DNA from: Balanoglossus misakiensis
Lineage: Eukaryota > Animalia > Hemichordata
DNA length: 64,000 nt
Reading direction: 5' to 3'
NCBI GenBank assembly: GCA_040954595.2
Contig: CM082582.2
Coordinates: 8,576,425-8,640,424, forward strand
Part shown: positions 46,737-59,816 of the stretch, in pieces
How the letters are laid out: every line of letters begins with the position of its first letter
Numbering within the stretch: the first letter of the stretch is position 1
The notes under the pieces: generated by a model
Databases searched by the model: none
Seen by the model: only the letters and a program-made list of their open reading frames with translations
What the model was told of the DNA's origin: nothing
Made by a program: the position numbers and the translations under genes

Positions 46737-49620
46737 CATCCGAACGTGATGGTTTCTAGGTCACAGGGTTCAATAATAGCGTTGTAAAAAGTGTCTGCTG
46801 TCAATGTAAAAACATATACAAACATGCCGTAACATGATAAATATTACACTGACTCTATAAGTAGGACATTTGCAGACAAATTTAACCAGAAATTCTGGCG
46901 CTTACTTTCCACTCCATCCCACCCAAATGTATAGGCTTTTGGTTGGGAGGGAGTTGGGGAATGTCGTGAAATTATAATATGATGTCATACATCTACAGTT
47001 AACAGGCCTGGGTGCTGGAAATTAATAAGGCAAATCAATGCAATTTCCACCTACTTGACAAGAAAAAGGTTAAAATTGTTCAATACAGTATTTTGTAATT
47101 TACATAACAATACAGTTAATCGTTATGATAATAAGTTTCTATTGTTTTCCCCACAGTTAAAGAGTATCACCTGATACTCTTTAGTTGTTCTGGGGAGAAC
47201 AATGAATGTTGTTTACATTGTCATTACATCACCTCATGAGTTGTAATTCTGGCAAGATGCCAAAGGGTCTGGTCAATAGCATGTCCACATTGGTGTTTTT
47301 TGAGATGACTTAACCCAACCCAATCACCTGTGTGCAGTTCAATTCAATTTGATACTTTCTGATAAGCAGTACATGCAATGTGTAACAGACTGGCTGTACA
47401 ACTGAGAAACACAGTGAGTGATTTTTTTGACAGATTAGGCCACTTGACTTGCGTAATGTCTGAACAAACCCTCAGAAGCTCATAAGAAACAGTCATGTCT
47501 TTAATAGCTTATTCAGTAATTGGTATTGTCAGTGGTGTTTGCCGTCGTTATCAAAAGCAAATAGTGGCACATGACTCTAAAGTAATCAGTCTGCCTGATT
47601 ATGAAGTCGTGTGAGTTTAATTTTTACAGCAGAGTCCTTTAGGGCATCGGGCTACTGGTGCCAGGCTGTGGAGCGATAATCCTTATCCTTGCATCAAGCG
47701 ATTAGTAGTTATGATTTCGGCATCGCCCGACTGTCTTATCGTTTGATATCTGCTAAAGTTGGAAACACTTCAAACTAACACAGGCTAGGGTCTTTTCACC
47801 GTGTCAGAAATGGTCAAAGTGACAAATATAAGCCTGTCAATTGATAACTTCTTGACTTTTTCAGATAACAAAGTTTGTGATGTTTGCCTTGGCTGTCTGT
47901 GTGTACGTGCACATGTGTATGTCTGAATGACTGAAGCCAACTTTGTCGGTCCTCTAGATTTCATGCAATTCTTGCTTCTGTGCTGGTGATATTCTTTCAC
48001 AGGTGCATCAAACCAAACAGGATGCACTGCAGATAGTCTGTGTAGGTCATCACACCTTGGTCATGGTGACCCAAAAGTCAAATTTGCATAACAATAGAGT
48101 GGACCAAGATCTCCCTCCAGTGTATATGTGTAGAAGGGATCCCTCTGTGAATTGTTTATCTGCATGACTCCCCAACTTTGCTGACATTGTCATGTTGTTC
48201 TGACCCTGCCTTTAAAGGTCATATCAGCATAAATGGAAAATGTAATAGGCTGGTGGGCATTGCATGATACAGTCAGGGAGAACCGAACAAAAACTTAGAA
48301 GCATGTAAAAATAAACGTAGTTTGCTCTTCATTTGAAAATGATACCGACTTTTTAAAAAGTTGGTTTGCCTTTTAATTCTGCCAGTAACCCTGATCATAA
48401 ACCCTGATCGAGGTTTATAGCATTGTCCCGTTGACAGCCGACAAAAGGGCTCATTTGCATAAATTTGATATTTGGCCAGTGCTCTCCGAATAGGAGGCTA
48501 GGGATACCTGAATTCGAAACACTATAAAAACCTGGATATTTATGTAAAAGCATCACAGAAGACTGAACCTTTGCTGTAGCATCATTCAGGCGTCTCTGCT
48601 GTGTATTGTTCCAGAAAATTACAGGTAATTTGTGCATCGTTCAACATGTTAACTATTATCCAGCAAATCGGTAGCCTGATTTTAAAAAAGTGATTTTTAC
48701 TAGCATGACAGCCTTAAGTGATAATAATAATAGTTTTCTTCTGGGTATTGTGGTTTTTGGCTACCAGCAGAATTTTTACATGGTATAGTGTTAGGAAAAA
48801 CGAATCTTTGAAAGTTCATGGTGTGTACATGACACGCAGCAGATATATGATAGAATAAGATTTTATGGTGCTATGGATTCAAAATTTTATTGGCTTCTGG
48901 TATGCATATCATGGGTTCATCTCAGAGGGTACGTGTAACAATCGGACTGCACTGATATGCGTTTGGAGCTCAGAGTGTTGGTATCTCATGCAGCTCCTGT
49001 GAAGACACATACGCATGTATAATTTCTGAAGTTTTATTTTGCGAAATTGTACCATTTCATTCAAAATTTCCAGTAGAATAGACAGTGTATGAGTCCATAA
49101 AAGCTGAAAAACAGGACACATAGATTAAATCCCAGCTGAGCAGATATGTTTGCGAACAAGACAAATGTTGATAAGATGAATTGTTTCAAGAATGTAAAAG
49201 TCAAAGGTCATCTTCAAATGAAAAGCTTCACGGCTTGTACATATGCATTGTCTTGGTACTGATAATAATCTGTAGTGTGAGTCTTCCATGTTTTGACTCA
49301 AAATCTTGACTCTTCAGCAATAGAATAGACTCTCTATGCTGGGATCAGCAATTTTAAATCACATCGGTATCACATGTGGAACTTTCTGTAATCATAGCTT
49401 GTAGCACTGTTTGCAGTGGGCCTTTCTATCTGGTGATGGGCACTTTACACTTCATTCGCACAATTACAAAAGACTTGTCTGAAGCAAATTAAAAAAAAAT
49501 TTGTGGAGAGACAGGTTGTGGCATGTGCCATGTTCTGAATGTTCAACCAATGTACTGTTTTTTGTACACGCACATTACTCATATATATTTTTTGGTTTGG
49601 GTTTGTCCCTTTTTTTAGGC

Positions 49621-52600
49621 ATGAATACCTCTCCTTGCAACAAAGCGAAGAAATCAACATGGAGCGTTCCGGCATCGGACATGGCTCGGAACACTTTCAA
49701 TCCCATCCGAGACATCGTGGACAGTATGAGGATCGAACCGAACCCAGACAAGGAGCTGATCGCGCTCTCCATTGGTGAGTCTGTCTGCTATGTGTATATT
49801 TGAACTTTTGTCTGTCTGCTGTATCATTTCTTTTTCGAACATTCTTTTCCATTGGACTTTGGAAGCTCATCTGCCGCGAGTTTTGAAAAACACATCAGGC
49901 TATGCTGTTCATCCATGATTTTTCCATCCTCAAAACAGGTGATCCCACGGTCTTTGGTAATCTGACTCCGTCGGAGAATATTGTGGACGCGGTTGTGCAT
50001 TCCGTGAAGACAGGCTCAGCCAACGGATATGGGCCCTCAGTGGGTAAGTTGGAGAGATCAAATCATTAGAAAAGGGACAGTGGTTTTTTTTCAGTGTTTT
50101 GTTCTGTCAAATGAATCAAGCTAGCTTACCCCTTTCACTGTAAAGGTTTGGTCCAAATCCATTGTTTGTGTTGTAACGTTGAACCGCTATGAGGAAAACG
50201 GGGGTGAAATGGTTAGTCAGTTATGGTCCACTCCTATTAGTCATTTTTGACAGTGCAGCCCAGAGACACACCATTTCATGCCAACTGTTTTCCATCCCAT
50301 CTTCTGCTCTCGGTTGCTAGGTTACGTGGAAGCGAGAGAAGCAGTTGCCAGGGCCTACGGCGATGTAGATGCTCCAATCGAAGCGAAGGATGTCATTTTG
50401 ACCAGTGGTTGCTCTGGTGCAATAGAGCTGGTGATTTCCGTCTTGGCCAATCCGGGACAGAACTGCCTGATCCCCCGACCGGGCTTCTCCATCTATGAAA
50501 CCATCGCCCTGTCGCTGGGAATTGAAGTGCGCAGATATGATCTCCTGGTAAGTTGAGTCGAGGAAAAAGAAAGTGAGATGCCCTTCCAGATCAGTGTGAC
50601 AATTTTTCGTGTAAGCCACAGAGATGACAAAGGTTATTGACATTGCCAGAAAATGGTGCATTCATTGAGGATATGTTTGTCAAATAGTTTTAGGAAATGC
50701 AGGTACCAGATAGCACTTGATTGACACAAATTTTCCTGGTTTATATCTCTAATTTTTCCACAGCCGGAAAAAGACTGGGAAGCGGATATCAGTCACATGG
50801 AATCGCTCATCGATGAGAACACAGCATTCATTACTGTGAATGATCCGTCCAATCCGTGCGGCTCGGTGTATTCCAAGGAACATTTGCTGGACATTTTGGC
50901 CGGTGAGTTTATCCTCTTGTTGTACTTGGAGGAAAAACTACTTGAACTTCACTTGTTTACATCGGGTGACCTTGACCTTGGTACAGAACGGAAACACTGA
51001 CATTGAATCTTCCAGTTAAACAGCCTACTGTCTAAAGCTATGCACACCACAGACTTTGATTGTGTCAATGTTGATCTTCCAGTTGCTGAAAGAAACAAGC
51101 TTCCCATAATGTCGGATGAGATTTATGCGGATTTTGTCTTTCCCGGAGAGAAGTATTACAACCTTGCGTCGCTGACAAAAGAAGTGCCAATACTGGCCTG
51201 TGGAGGGCTTACAAAAAGGTAATTAACACAAAACTACAGATGCAAATTTATGTGAATTTACACATGAATTCCATAGAATGTGAAGAGCTCCATATCGAAA
51301 CATTCACCAGTGCTATTTTGTGAGAAAAATCCCCCAAAATATATGCAGCATGTTGATCGTGTAACTATAGAAAAATGTGTGCCATTCTGCTAAACTACAG
51401 TACAATGCCCCGGAGATCGGTTTTCACAGTTGAATATCAATTGTGCTGTATAAATAGATATTTGCAATAGCTGCTAACTGATTTAGTAGTCTGGCTTGTC
51501 ACACCAAAAATAAACCTGTATCGTCTAAATTTGCGATATCAATAGCAGCCGAAACTACCAGTTGATTTCTGATTATGTACTAGTATTTTTCCTGTCTCGT
51601 AATCCTATCCATCTTGATTCAGGTATCTCTGCCCTGGTTGGAGAACTGGCTGGATTATTATTCATGATCGCAACAATGTCTTTGATAAAGAGGTATGTTG
51701 AATTATTAGGTCATGTGCTCCCACTCCACAATATTTGCACTGTTGGTCAACCTGCCTCAGCAATGATGTTTCAGTGACCTAACCCCTATGAGCACCTTTT
51801 TACTGAAACACTTTTCATATTGTTTTCTCAGATCCGCGATGGCCTGCTGCGCCTCTCTCAGCGAATCCTTGGACCAAACACTTTGGTACAGGCAGCTATG
51901 AAGAACATCCTGGAAGAAACTCCACAGACTTTCTTTGAGAAGACAATCGAAGTTGTCAAAGTACGTATCCCCCCCCCCCCCCCCCCCCAGTTTTTTATTC
52001 AACATGTCTGCTTTTATCATGTCAAGGCACTCAAAATGAGTTGAATGATGCGACTGCTTCAATTTAAAGTACTTTTGTCCTCTGAGTTATGTGCTGGTTT
52101 CGAAGTCTTACGATAAAATACCTTTGTTTTCTTACAGAACAATGCACAGGTTACATACAACAGGATAAAAAATGTCCCTGGGTTGACTCCAGTGATGCCT
52201 AGGGGAGCTATGTATATGATGGTGAGTGTTTACCCCTAAACAATGAAACAGTAGCAAGACATGACGAAGTGGTCCAACCAGTTCTTTTTCTGTCCGGATG
52301 GACCAAGTCATTGTATTATCACCTAGAAATACGGTGTAAAAAAACTGTATGAATCCATTGCTTTCAGTTTTGCTGTATACATGTACATTTTCATGTCTTC
52401 TCTGTTATTTCCCCCCGTAGATTGGCATTGACATTGACAAATTTCCAGACTTCAAAGATGACCTTGACTTCACCAAACGGCTCATCAGTGAACAGTCCGT
52501 TCTCTGCTTGCCAGGAAAGGTAAGAAATTAAACTTTGAAATCCAGAGGATTTACTGAGACCATACATACAGTACAGTCTTCATCGTCATGTTAAAATCAA

Positions 52601-52842
52601 AGCCTGTCCCTGAGGTATGTACTACCTTAGTATACAAACATGGGTAGCACTTGAGTAAAGGAAGAGCTAAAAATTAAAATTTCCACTTTTTTTCATTTTT
52701 CCCTCCACAGTGCTTTAAGTATCCCAACTTCTTCAGGGTGGTGTTGACCATCCCCCAGCATCGGATAGAAGACGCCTGCAACCGCATTGAGGAATTCTGC
52801 AAACAGCACTACATCACAGACAATGGGAAGTCCTCACATTAA
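49621..52842 (+). CDS. TAT: Tyrosine aminotransferase (PLP-dependent, class I)
   Basis: [79 protein letters not shown]-lysine motif [18 protein letters not shown]. Later PRGAMYMM and EQSVLCLPG. Ten coding exons; stop TAA at 52840-52842. Confidence 0.95.
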
Positions 52843-54010
52843 GGAGATTTGTGAGGCCGCGCCTGAAACTCCACGAGGTGGATAAGTGAGTTTGGCGTAG
52901 AAAACTAGAAATAAGTCTTTCCAAATGTTTCTGTTTTGTTTTTGTTTTTCTAGGAAACACCGAATGGCTAAAATGGTCAGTTTTGTGTACACGAATCCAA
53001 TCTGACCAGGTGGTTTTTCTCTCTGAGAGAACAATGGGTTGGGCATGTTTGTACTTTTTTTCAGTGGCCTGGGGAGTAAGATGTGACAGTGTGTCTGACT
53101 GACTGATAAAATCCAAATCTTACAATTTTGGAATAGTCAAATACCAAATACGCCCTTGTTTGGTCATCGACCCTAAACTTTTGCAAGTCTCTCCTTGCAT
53201 ATTACTAACTGCTGTTTCAATACAAAATGCGAAGCACTCTCGTATTTTAAAATATAAAAAATTGGTTTTAAAAATAGAGTGTTTGAAATTGGTTTTAAAG
53301 TAATCTCGGGAATAGATATCTCACTCAACAAAGTCAAAGTCCAGGTACAGTGTTACAATGCAGCCCCAATGTGTGACCTTTGACCTTCATATCTGGAAGC
53401 TGATTGGTAGCAATAATTTACTTACTGAAGCATGTTCAGTAAAAACGTTCAATAACTTGGGGGTTTTAAGAGCAAGTGTTCAACGTTTCCAAGTAGTGGA
53501 AATGATATTTTGTCTGATTTCTTTGTGTAAGAGATCAGAAAGAAGAGAGTTTTTCGTTAAGGTATCAAAGAAATGTGTTGTTTATGATTCATCTTGTGGA
53601 TGATATTTAGACGTGTAGGAATTTAGCTTTATTTTCTCCTTTTAGTATGGTTTTGTTTTTGTTTTGTTTTTAATATGGTGCTACCTGCTTGTTTTTTTTT
53701 CATGGCTTTGAGGATTATCTAGTTGGCAATGTTGAAAAGTGTAAGTTACAGGTTCCAGTGAGTTATTGTAACATCCCTTAACAATTGCCAGCTATAGTGT
53801 CACCCTATTGTATCCATTGATTGGGAGTGACCAATGTGCCAGATTGTAGGGGTGGATAGGCTTCACTGTGGACTAAGTAACTCGTCTGCCAAGTTTTTCT
53901 TTCTGAAATGTTTATGTGAGGAACCAATGCATCAACGATAGCAAGTACGGCCTTTTTTAGTACATTGTGCTGTGTTCACAAAATAATTATGGTGGCTATA
54001 TTCCAATGGA

Positions 54011-54016
54011 AATAAA
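54011..54016 (+). terminator. Probable TAT polyadenylation signal
   Basis: AATAAA at the end of an AT/T-rich stretch of about 1.2 kb after the stop, just before CpG density rises. Confidence 0.45.
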
Positions 54017-57000
54017 GATATATAAACTTCAGCATCAGCTCTGGCGTATTGGAGCAATCAGTTACTGAGTAGGTAAATATAAAAACTTTCCTGCATCAGT
54101 ACATCTCCAAATTATGCCAATAACCTTATTTCACTAAGTCGACCTGTTGAGTATACCGCAGCGCCCCCATCGGACAATGAGCGAGTCTATGCAGGCTTTG
54201 TCCCATTCTCCGCCGCTGGCTGCGCTACGCTAAAAGAATCTTGCGCTTCGATAGCCCAGGACCATCAACCAATACTCGGGTGCAAGTTGCCCTAATAAAA
54301 ATCACGTAACTTCCACGGAGCAAATCTATTTTTCTCATCGGGTCCTGATCCACCGTACGGTAGTGCCCAACACACACGGCTTAGGTTTTAGACAAACGCT
54401 TTCATTCACGATTTGTTTGCTCTCAGTGGAAATCTTTCGGCAAGTTTGTTTTCCTGCAGTAATTAAGTGTTTGCATTGTGTACAGCGGCCGTTCACAATG
54501 ATATCCACTTAACTTGAGGATTCTGTTGACAGGTTGCAGGGCACTGCACCTCAATATTCAGATCGACGTGGGTTGTGTTTCAATATATGGGGGAGGGGGC
54601 GTGCAGTGATTGTGCTCATGTGCGATTGTATGCAGCTAAATATTAAATCTTCGTTATACAGACTTGAACAGGTCCAGATTAAGTTCCGCGGACGATTGAA
54701 CAAGTGTGCCTCCGCTCTATTCGAAGCAAAAAGTCAACTTAGTCGCCGCTCTTGACAAATGCACCGAAGACAAAAACATGTCAAAAGTTACCCGTTGGTT
54801 TCCAAATTAAAGCTTGCGCAGCAACGGAACATTTTAGTGGGCGAACAATGGGCTACAGGCGAGAACATCAGTAAGATTCAAATGTTTGACACCTTTCAAT
54901 TCTGCTTCGTGGTGCGCGGCGCTGTGTTTAATATTCCCATTGTTGAGATGCACTCCCCGAGGCGACAATATCCCGTCTTTATTTGCGCAGAGAATGGTGC
55001 AAGAAAGCGTTCGGCAGCCGGGACATGCCTGGACCTGTCGGGGTCACAGCCCTGTGTTCTTCCTTCCCATTTCTCCGCGTTGTGAACATGCCCAAGGCCC
55101 GAATTGTTGCCATCGGTGGCAAATCGTCCTGACAACGTCACTGTGTTTACAAGTGTCCCACCAGGCGCACTTCGATTCAAAGGGGGAAAAACAAACGATA
55201 ATATATAGATCTGAAATTCAAAAGGCAAAATGCCGGGTCTGTATTCGTGTTAAATCAAGTTAACTGGTGAATAAATGTTTATCGGCGGAGACAGGAGATT
55301 GGACGTTATTTTAAATTCACAGCGGACACCTGTGTATTTGTTTGGATTTTCTGACGTCTGCGCTATAGCGGGACAACAGGTTTGTCGCTATGGACTTTGA
55401 AAGTTAGCCACCTGTTAGCAGGTACAATCTTGTCGGGCCGGTCATATTCCTGTGCGACGCGCTGGTCACAGGCGATAAGGGGCTATCTCAAATGACTGGG
55501 TACACGTACACACCGCTCTATTTTTTTTACAGTCCGTGTGAACCGAATAACTTACAAAGTGGGTGACTATTTCACCGACACGGGTTACTGACAGACAAGG
55601 GTGCAATTACCGAAGGCACTTTTCGCGTGAACAGATGAGCAGCGACGCGTCCACAAAGTGTGTGGACGCGAAAAAAAGGGCCCTTCACCACCCACCCCAC
55701 GTATACCCATTTCTCCACACATGGGCCCAACCACGCCGATTAAAAACAGAAGGGTTCGACCATTCCTCGGGAATAATTGGGTGAGATCCTATGTCGTCAA
55801 ATTGGCAACCAGCATTTCAACTTTAACTGTGGTCATTTATATACTACAACCGACGACAAACTTGGTTTTCATCACGCTTTCTAGAATAAAAAACTACTGG
55901 AATGTGGTTTGGGATGCATGTACAAGATTTCGGATTCAATGGTCTTTTTCTATAATTGCACGCACGAACAACGATGTACACTGCATAATATATTTTACTG
56001 CTTTCTCCACAGCGAATCAATGCTGGCAAGTGTCCGCCAAATTTTCTTTTCGCGATCACTGGCGCCAACCAACGCGACGATCGACAATTAAAACGTCGAC
56101 CAACAAGATAAAACATATCTCGCCTACCTGCTATGCAGAGGAAAAAAGTCATACAAAAACGCGTCTAATATTATGGCATTTTGAACAAATTGTCATTTAT
56201 ATTTTATGAGGGAATCTGATTTTAGACTATCTCGCATACTATCGGACACGATCGCCGTTTCCCTGGCTAACCATACAACGTGCTCGGTGACATTTGACCC
56301 CCGCGGTGTCTTGAGAACGGCTCAGCCCATGGGCGCTGCGATAGCTACGCTCGGCTAGTCATTTCCATGGGAACCACTCACAACTAGTCAAACAGAGCGC
56401 GGCACTTGATGTCACTCGAAATAAAGATCCCATTAAATCGAGAGTTTATACACCTGTTGACGCCGTCTTGAAGGGATCCTACGAGACGAAAAAGCGCTGC
56501 ATTGAAATGAAACAGAGAAAAAATACCCCTACACGACTGTTGTTTTAGACTCTAGAATGCATCTGTAAAAATGCAAATATTCCATACCGACGGATCGACT
56601 TTCAAAACAAATACCGGACGTTCGCTGATTTATTATCGCATACTCAACTTCTGTGCAAGGGCGAACCAATCATTGAAATGCGTTCAGCTGCCTCTTAGAA
56701 ACGCACACGTATGGTACATGTCAATTCCAAATCAACTTGTTCTCCAGTTGTCTGCTTTCATTGCCGGCCATGCGCTCAATCGGACCGGGCCACAGTTAAA
56801 CACATTTTGTCCATTCCAATTTTGACACACGCCCTTCAAGAATTTTGCGCATATCATACGATTGGCGGTGAGAATTGAATCGATTCAGCGGCGAAAATAT
56901 GGAACACGGCGATTCATTTTTTTTCAAAATTCTACTTTACCGAATTCTCGACAACTGTCTCTGAAATGTCTTTAATTACATGTTACAGTCTCAATCATTG

Positions 57001-59739
57001 AGCCCAGGTGTTAATATATGGGATTTGGACGATAAAGGAAATTGTGTATGTGTTACTATCGCTCGTGTACTAGTATGTGGTTTATACCTCCTCTTCGAGT
57101 AGGACGTTAGTTTTCTGTATCTCAGACAGGTAAACCCCACATTAACCTCTGACAATCCGTGCATTAATCACTATTCGTTGTGGCCACGGCCACCGACGAA
57201 ACGCGGCGGTGACTCCACTAACCCCACTCCCGGCCTTCGGTGTCATGTACCGGAGTATAAAGAGGTCAAGCCCGTATTTACCTACAACCGTAGACAGTAT
57301 AGTCAAATACTTGCGTGTTGACAAAACCCTTGCCTGTGAATGTCGACGATTGTGCCGCGTTGAATGGCGCACCTGACCCGATGTTGACTCGGCCATTAAA
57401 AAAATGGGTTGCCACATGCTCCGCGCGTATCCACGCCAAGTTATCTCCGAATTACGCATGTCTACGTTGCTCGGATACTCGGACATAAAACACTGCTATT
57501 TCCTCGCGCGGTGCCTGTTATAGCTTCATCTACAAGTTGCCATTGTTCTCGACGACTTTAAGACTCGTTTCACCCTAGTATGTGAACTGGTGACGCACAA
57601 GTGTGGAAGGCGATCGAACAAAGAAAGTCAGAAAGAGCTAAAACAAGACAATTACCCAAACTTGTGGGATTTTATTTGACTTTATTTGTGTGAAAAATGA
57701 ATTCATTGATTGGTTGGTTGATGATGTCTAAGAGATATAAAAATATGCAATGCGTGTTTTTATCAGAAACACAATTCTTGGTCGGCATTTCAATTCCAAT
57801 TGAAATTGTATAAAATATATCCAGGTCTACAGTGCGGTTGCGAACCAAAAAAAAAAAACACTCCAAAGCAGTTTCTTGAAACCTTCTTACCACAGGTGGC
57901 GCTGTTTTGGGTACGCCGCCTACCAAGGCTGAGAGCATGGTTTTCTGTGGTCGCGTTGTCGTGGTTTTACGGTCGAAATCAACCCCCAGTACCTGTCGTA
58001 TCTCTGAACACCTCTCAACGCGGCGTGGAAACAAGGCATCTCTATATGTACCTCACACGGGAAGGGAGGTGTTTACAAGTCGTAATCCGTCAGTAACCAA
58101 GTTGTAAGCTACTTCACTAATCGCTTGTACGTCGCGGCAATTTTAATAATAAGACGTCACATCTTCGTCACCGGGTTACTTTTAACTGCTGTGACAATGA
58201 GCACGCATCGGCACTTGAGTTCCGATTTCTCATGGTTGCCATAGTTTGGGGAAGTAAATCTTTGCAGAAGAAGAAGCAAAGAAGAAGACGAGAACCCATC
58301 TTGGCGTGATTCCAGTGAACGAATAAATAACAGTTATAAACGATTCCATTGTTTGTTTATACCGAACCGTACAGAGTGGCCACAAAGGGCCGCATTTATC
58401 ATCCATGGAATTGGTTGACTCAGGGACGATTTATTGATGTGTCGCAACCTCCGTCGACGCCCATCCATCGCTTATTCATGTTCCGTTTTGCTGTTTAATA
58501 AAACGCGATATTGTCCCCCCTTCTTTTGAAGGGCTGGTGTGTCTCTATTGGCAAATTCTCGCTTCTTGTTAGATTTTTTTTGTCCCATATATACAGCAAC
58601 CTGTTGTTGTTGGTGGTGGTGGGATTGATATATACACAGTGAAAGTCAAACAACCTGTGCATTGGTCCGGTCAAACCTGGCACCCGAAACCGAGAACCAC
58701 TCTCTGTTTTGACCATGCTCGGTCAAGATTCCCTGGCCAAATAAACACCATTTCCAATTCGAAAGAGAAGAATCCAGCGGAACGACCAAGGCGCGGACTA
58801 TATTCTGAAGTCCGACCGAATTTGTTTTTATTATTGCGCTGAGCAGGATTATTGTTTGTGTTGGGCGGACTCTCGACTTTGAAATCAACGGTGACATTTC
58901 ACTACACCCGAAAAAAGGACACCCCACCGGGCCAAATCATGTGAAAACATGAACAGGAAAGTCGGAAAAGCGCACACACAAACACAACACGAGTAAAATA
59001 TATGTCCATGGAGCCATTCAATGCAACCCTTTCTTTAAACACTCATTAATTTTCGTTTACTTGTTTTATTTTCGACTTGAATGGGGTAGTTTGGGGACCT
59101 AGGCAGAAACTTCTTGCTCGAAAGAATCTCGCAGGATCTTGTTCAAGTACGTCCACGCTCCCGTTCTTCGACCCCCTTTGTTGTCCCCGTCTGTTGTTCC
59201 CCCAAGTTCCCTTGTTTTATATTGTTGCCTCGCCCACACCCCTCCCTTTTCAGAACGCGTCGCTTGTTTCACAGAGAGTCTGACGTTCGCAGTTATAATG
59301 TCACGCTCCGATTGCCATTGACAAGTCCGAAGAGAAAAAGAACCTCCGTCGAAACTTTGAAAAAAAATAAAGAGCTACATTGTAAATATCTATCAGTCCT
59401 TGAAATCTAAGCAAGAATCAAAGTGAGTGGTTTATTCAGTAAGACTTTGATGACGCTGTATGTTTTTTTCCGGCTCACCCTTTCAATCAGAATTTCTTCG
59501 TATACTGGTACAGAAACACAAGTTCAAAAGAGACAATTCCAGTCATAAAGTGTTTACATCACCCGGGCTAGAAGTCAACAGCAAGCAATCACAAAGTTGG
59601 GGTAACCATAATTGTTGTGCAATCGTGTCATGTTTGACAGAATAACTAAAATTGTTTAGGCCTAATCACTTTTGATTGAGAACAATTACTTTGTTTTCAT
59701 TGTTTAAAGGAGATATTATCAGAAAATAAGATGATAATT

Positions 59740-59816
59740 TCTCTCTCCCCTCCGTCTTCCCACTCCCTCTCCTTCCCTCCTTCCATCTCCCCCTCCCCCC
59801 CTCTCTCTCTCTCTCT
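59740..59816. repeat. Polypyrimidine / (CT)n tract
   Basis: About 75 nt almost entirely C and T, ending in (CT)n. Confidence 0.75.
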
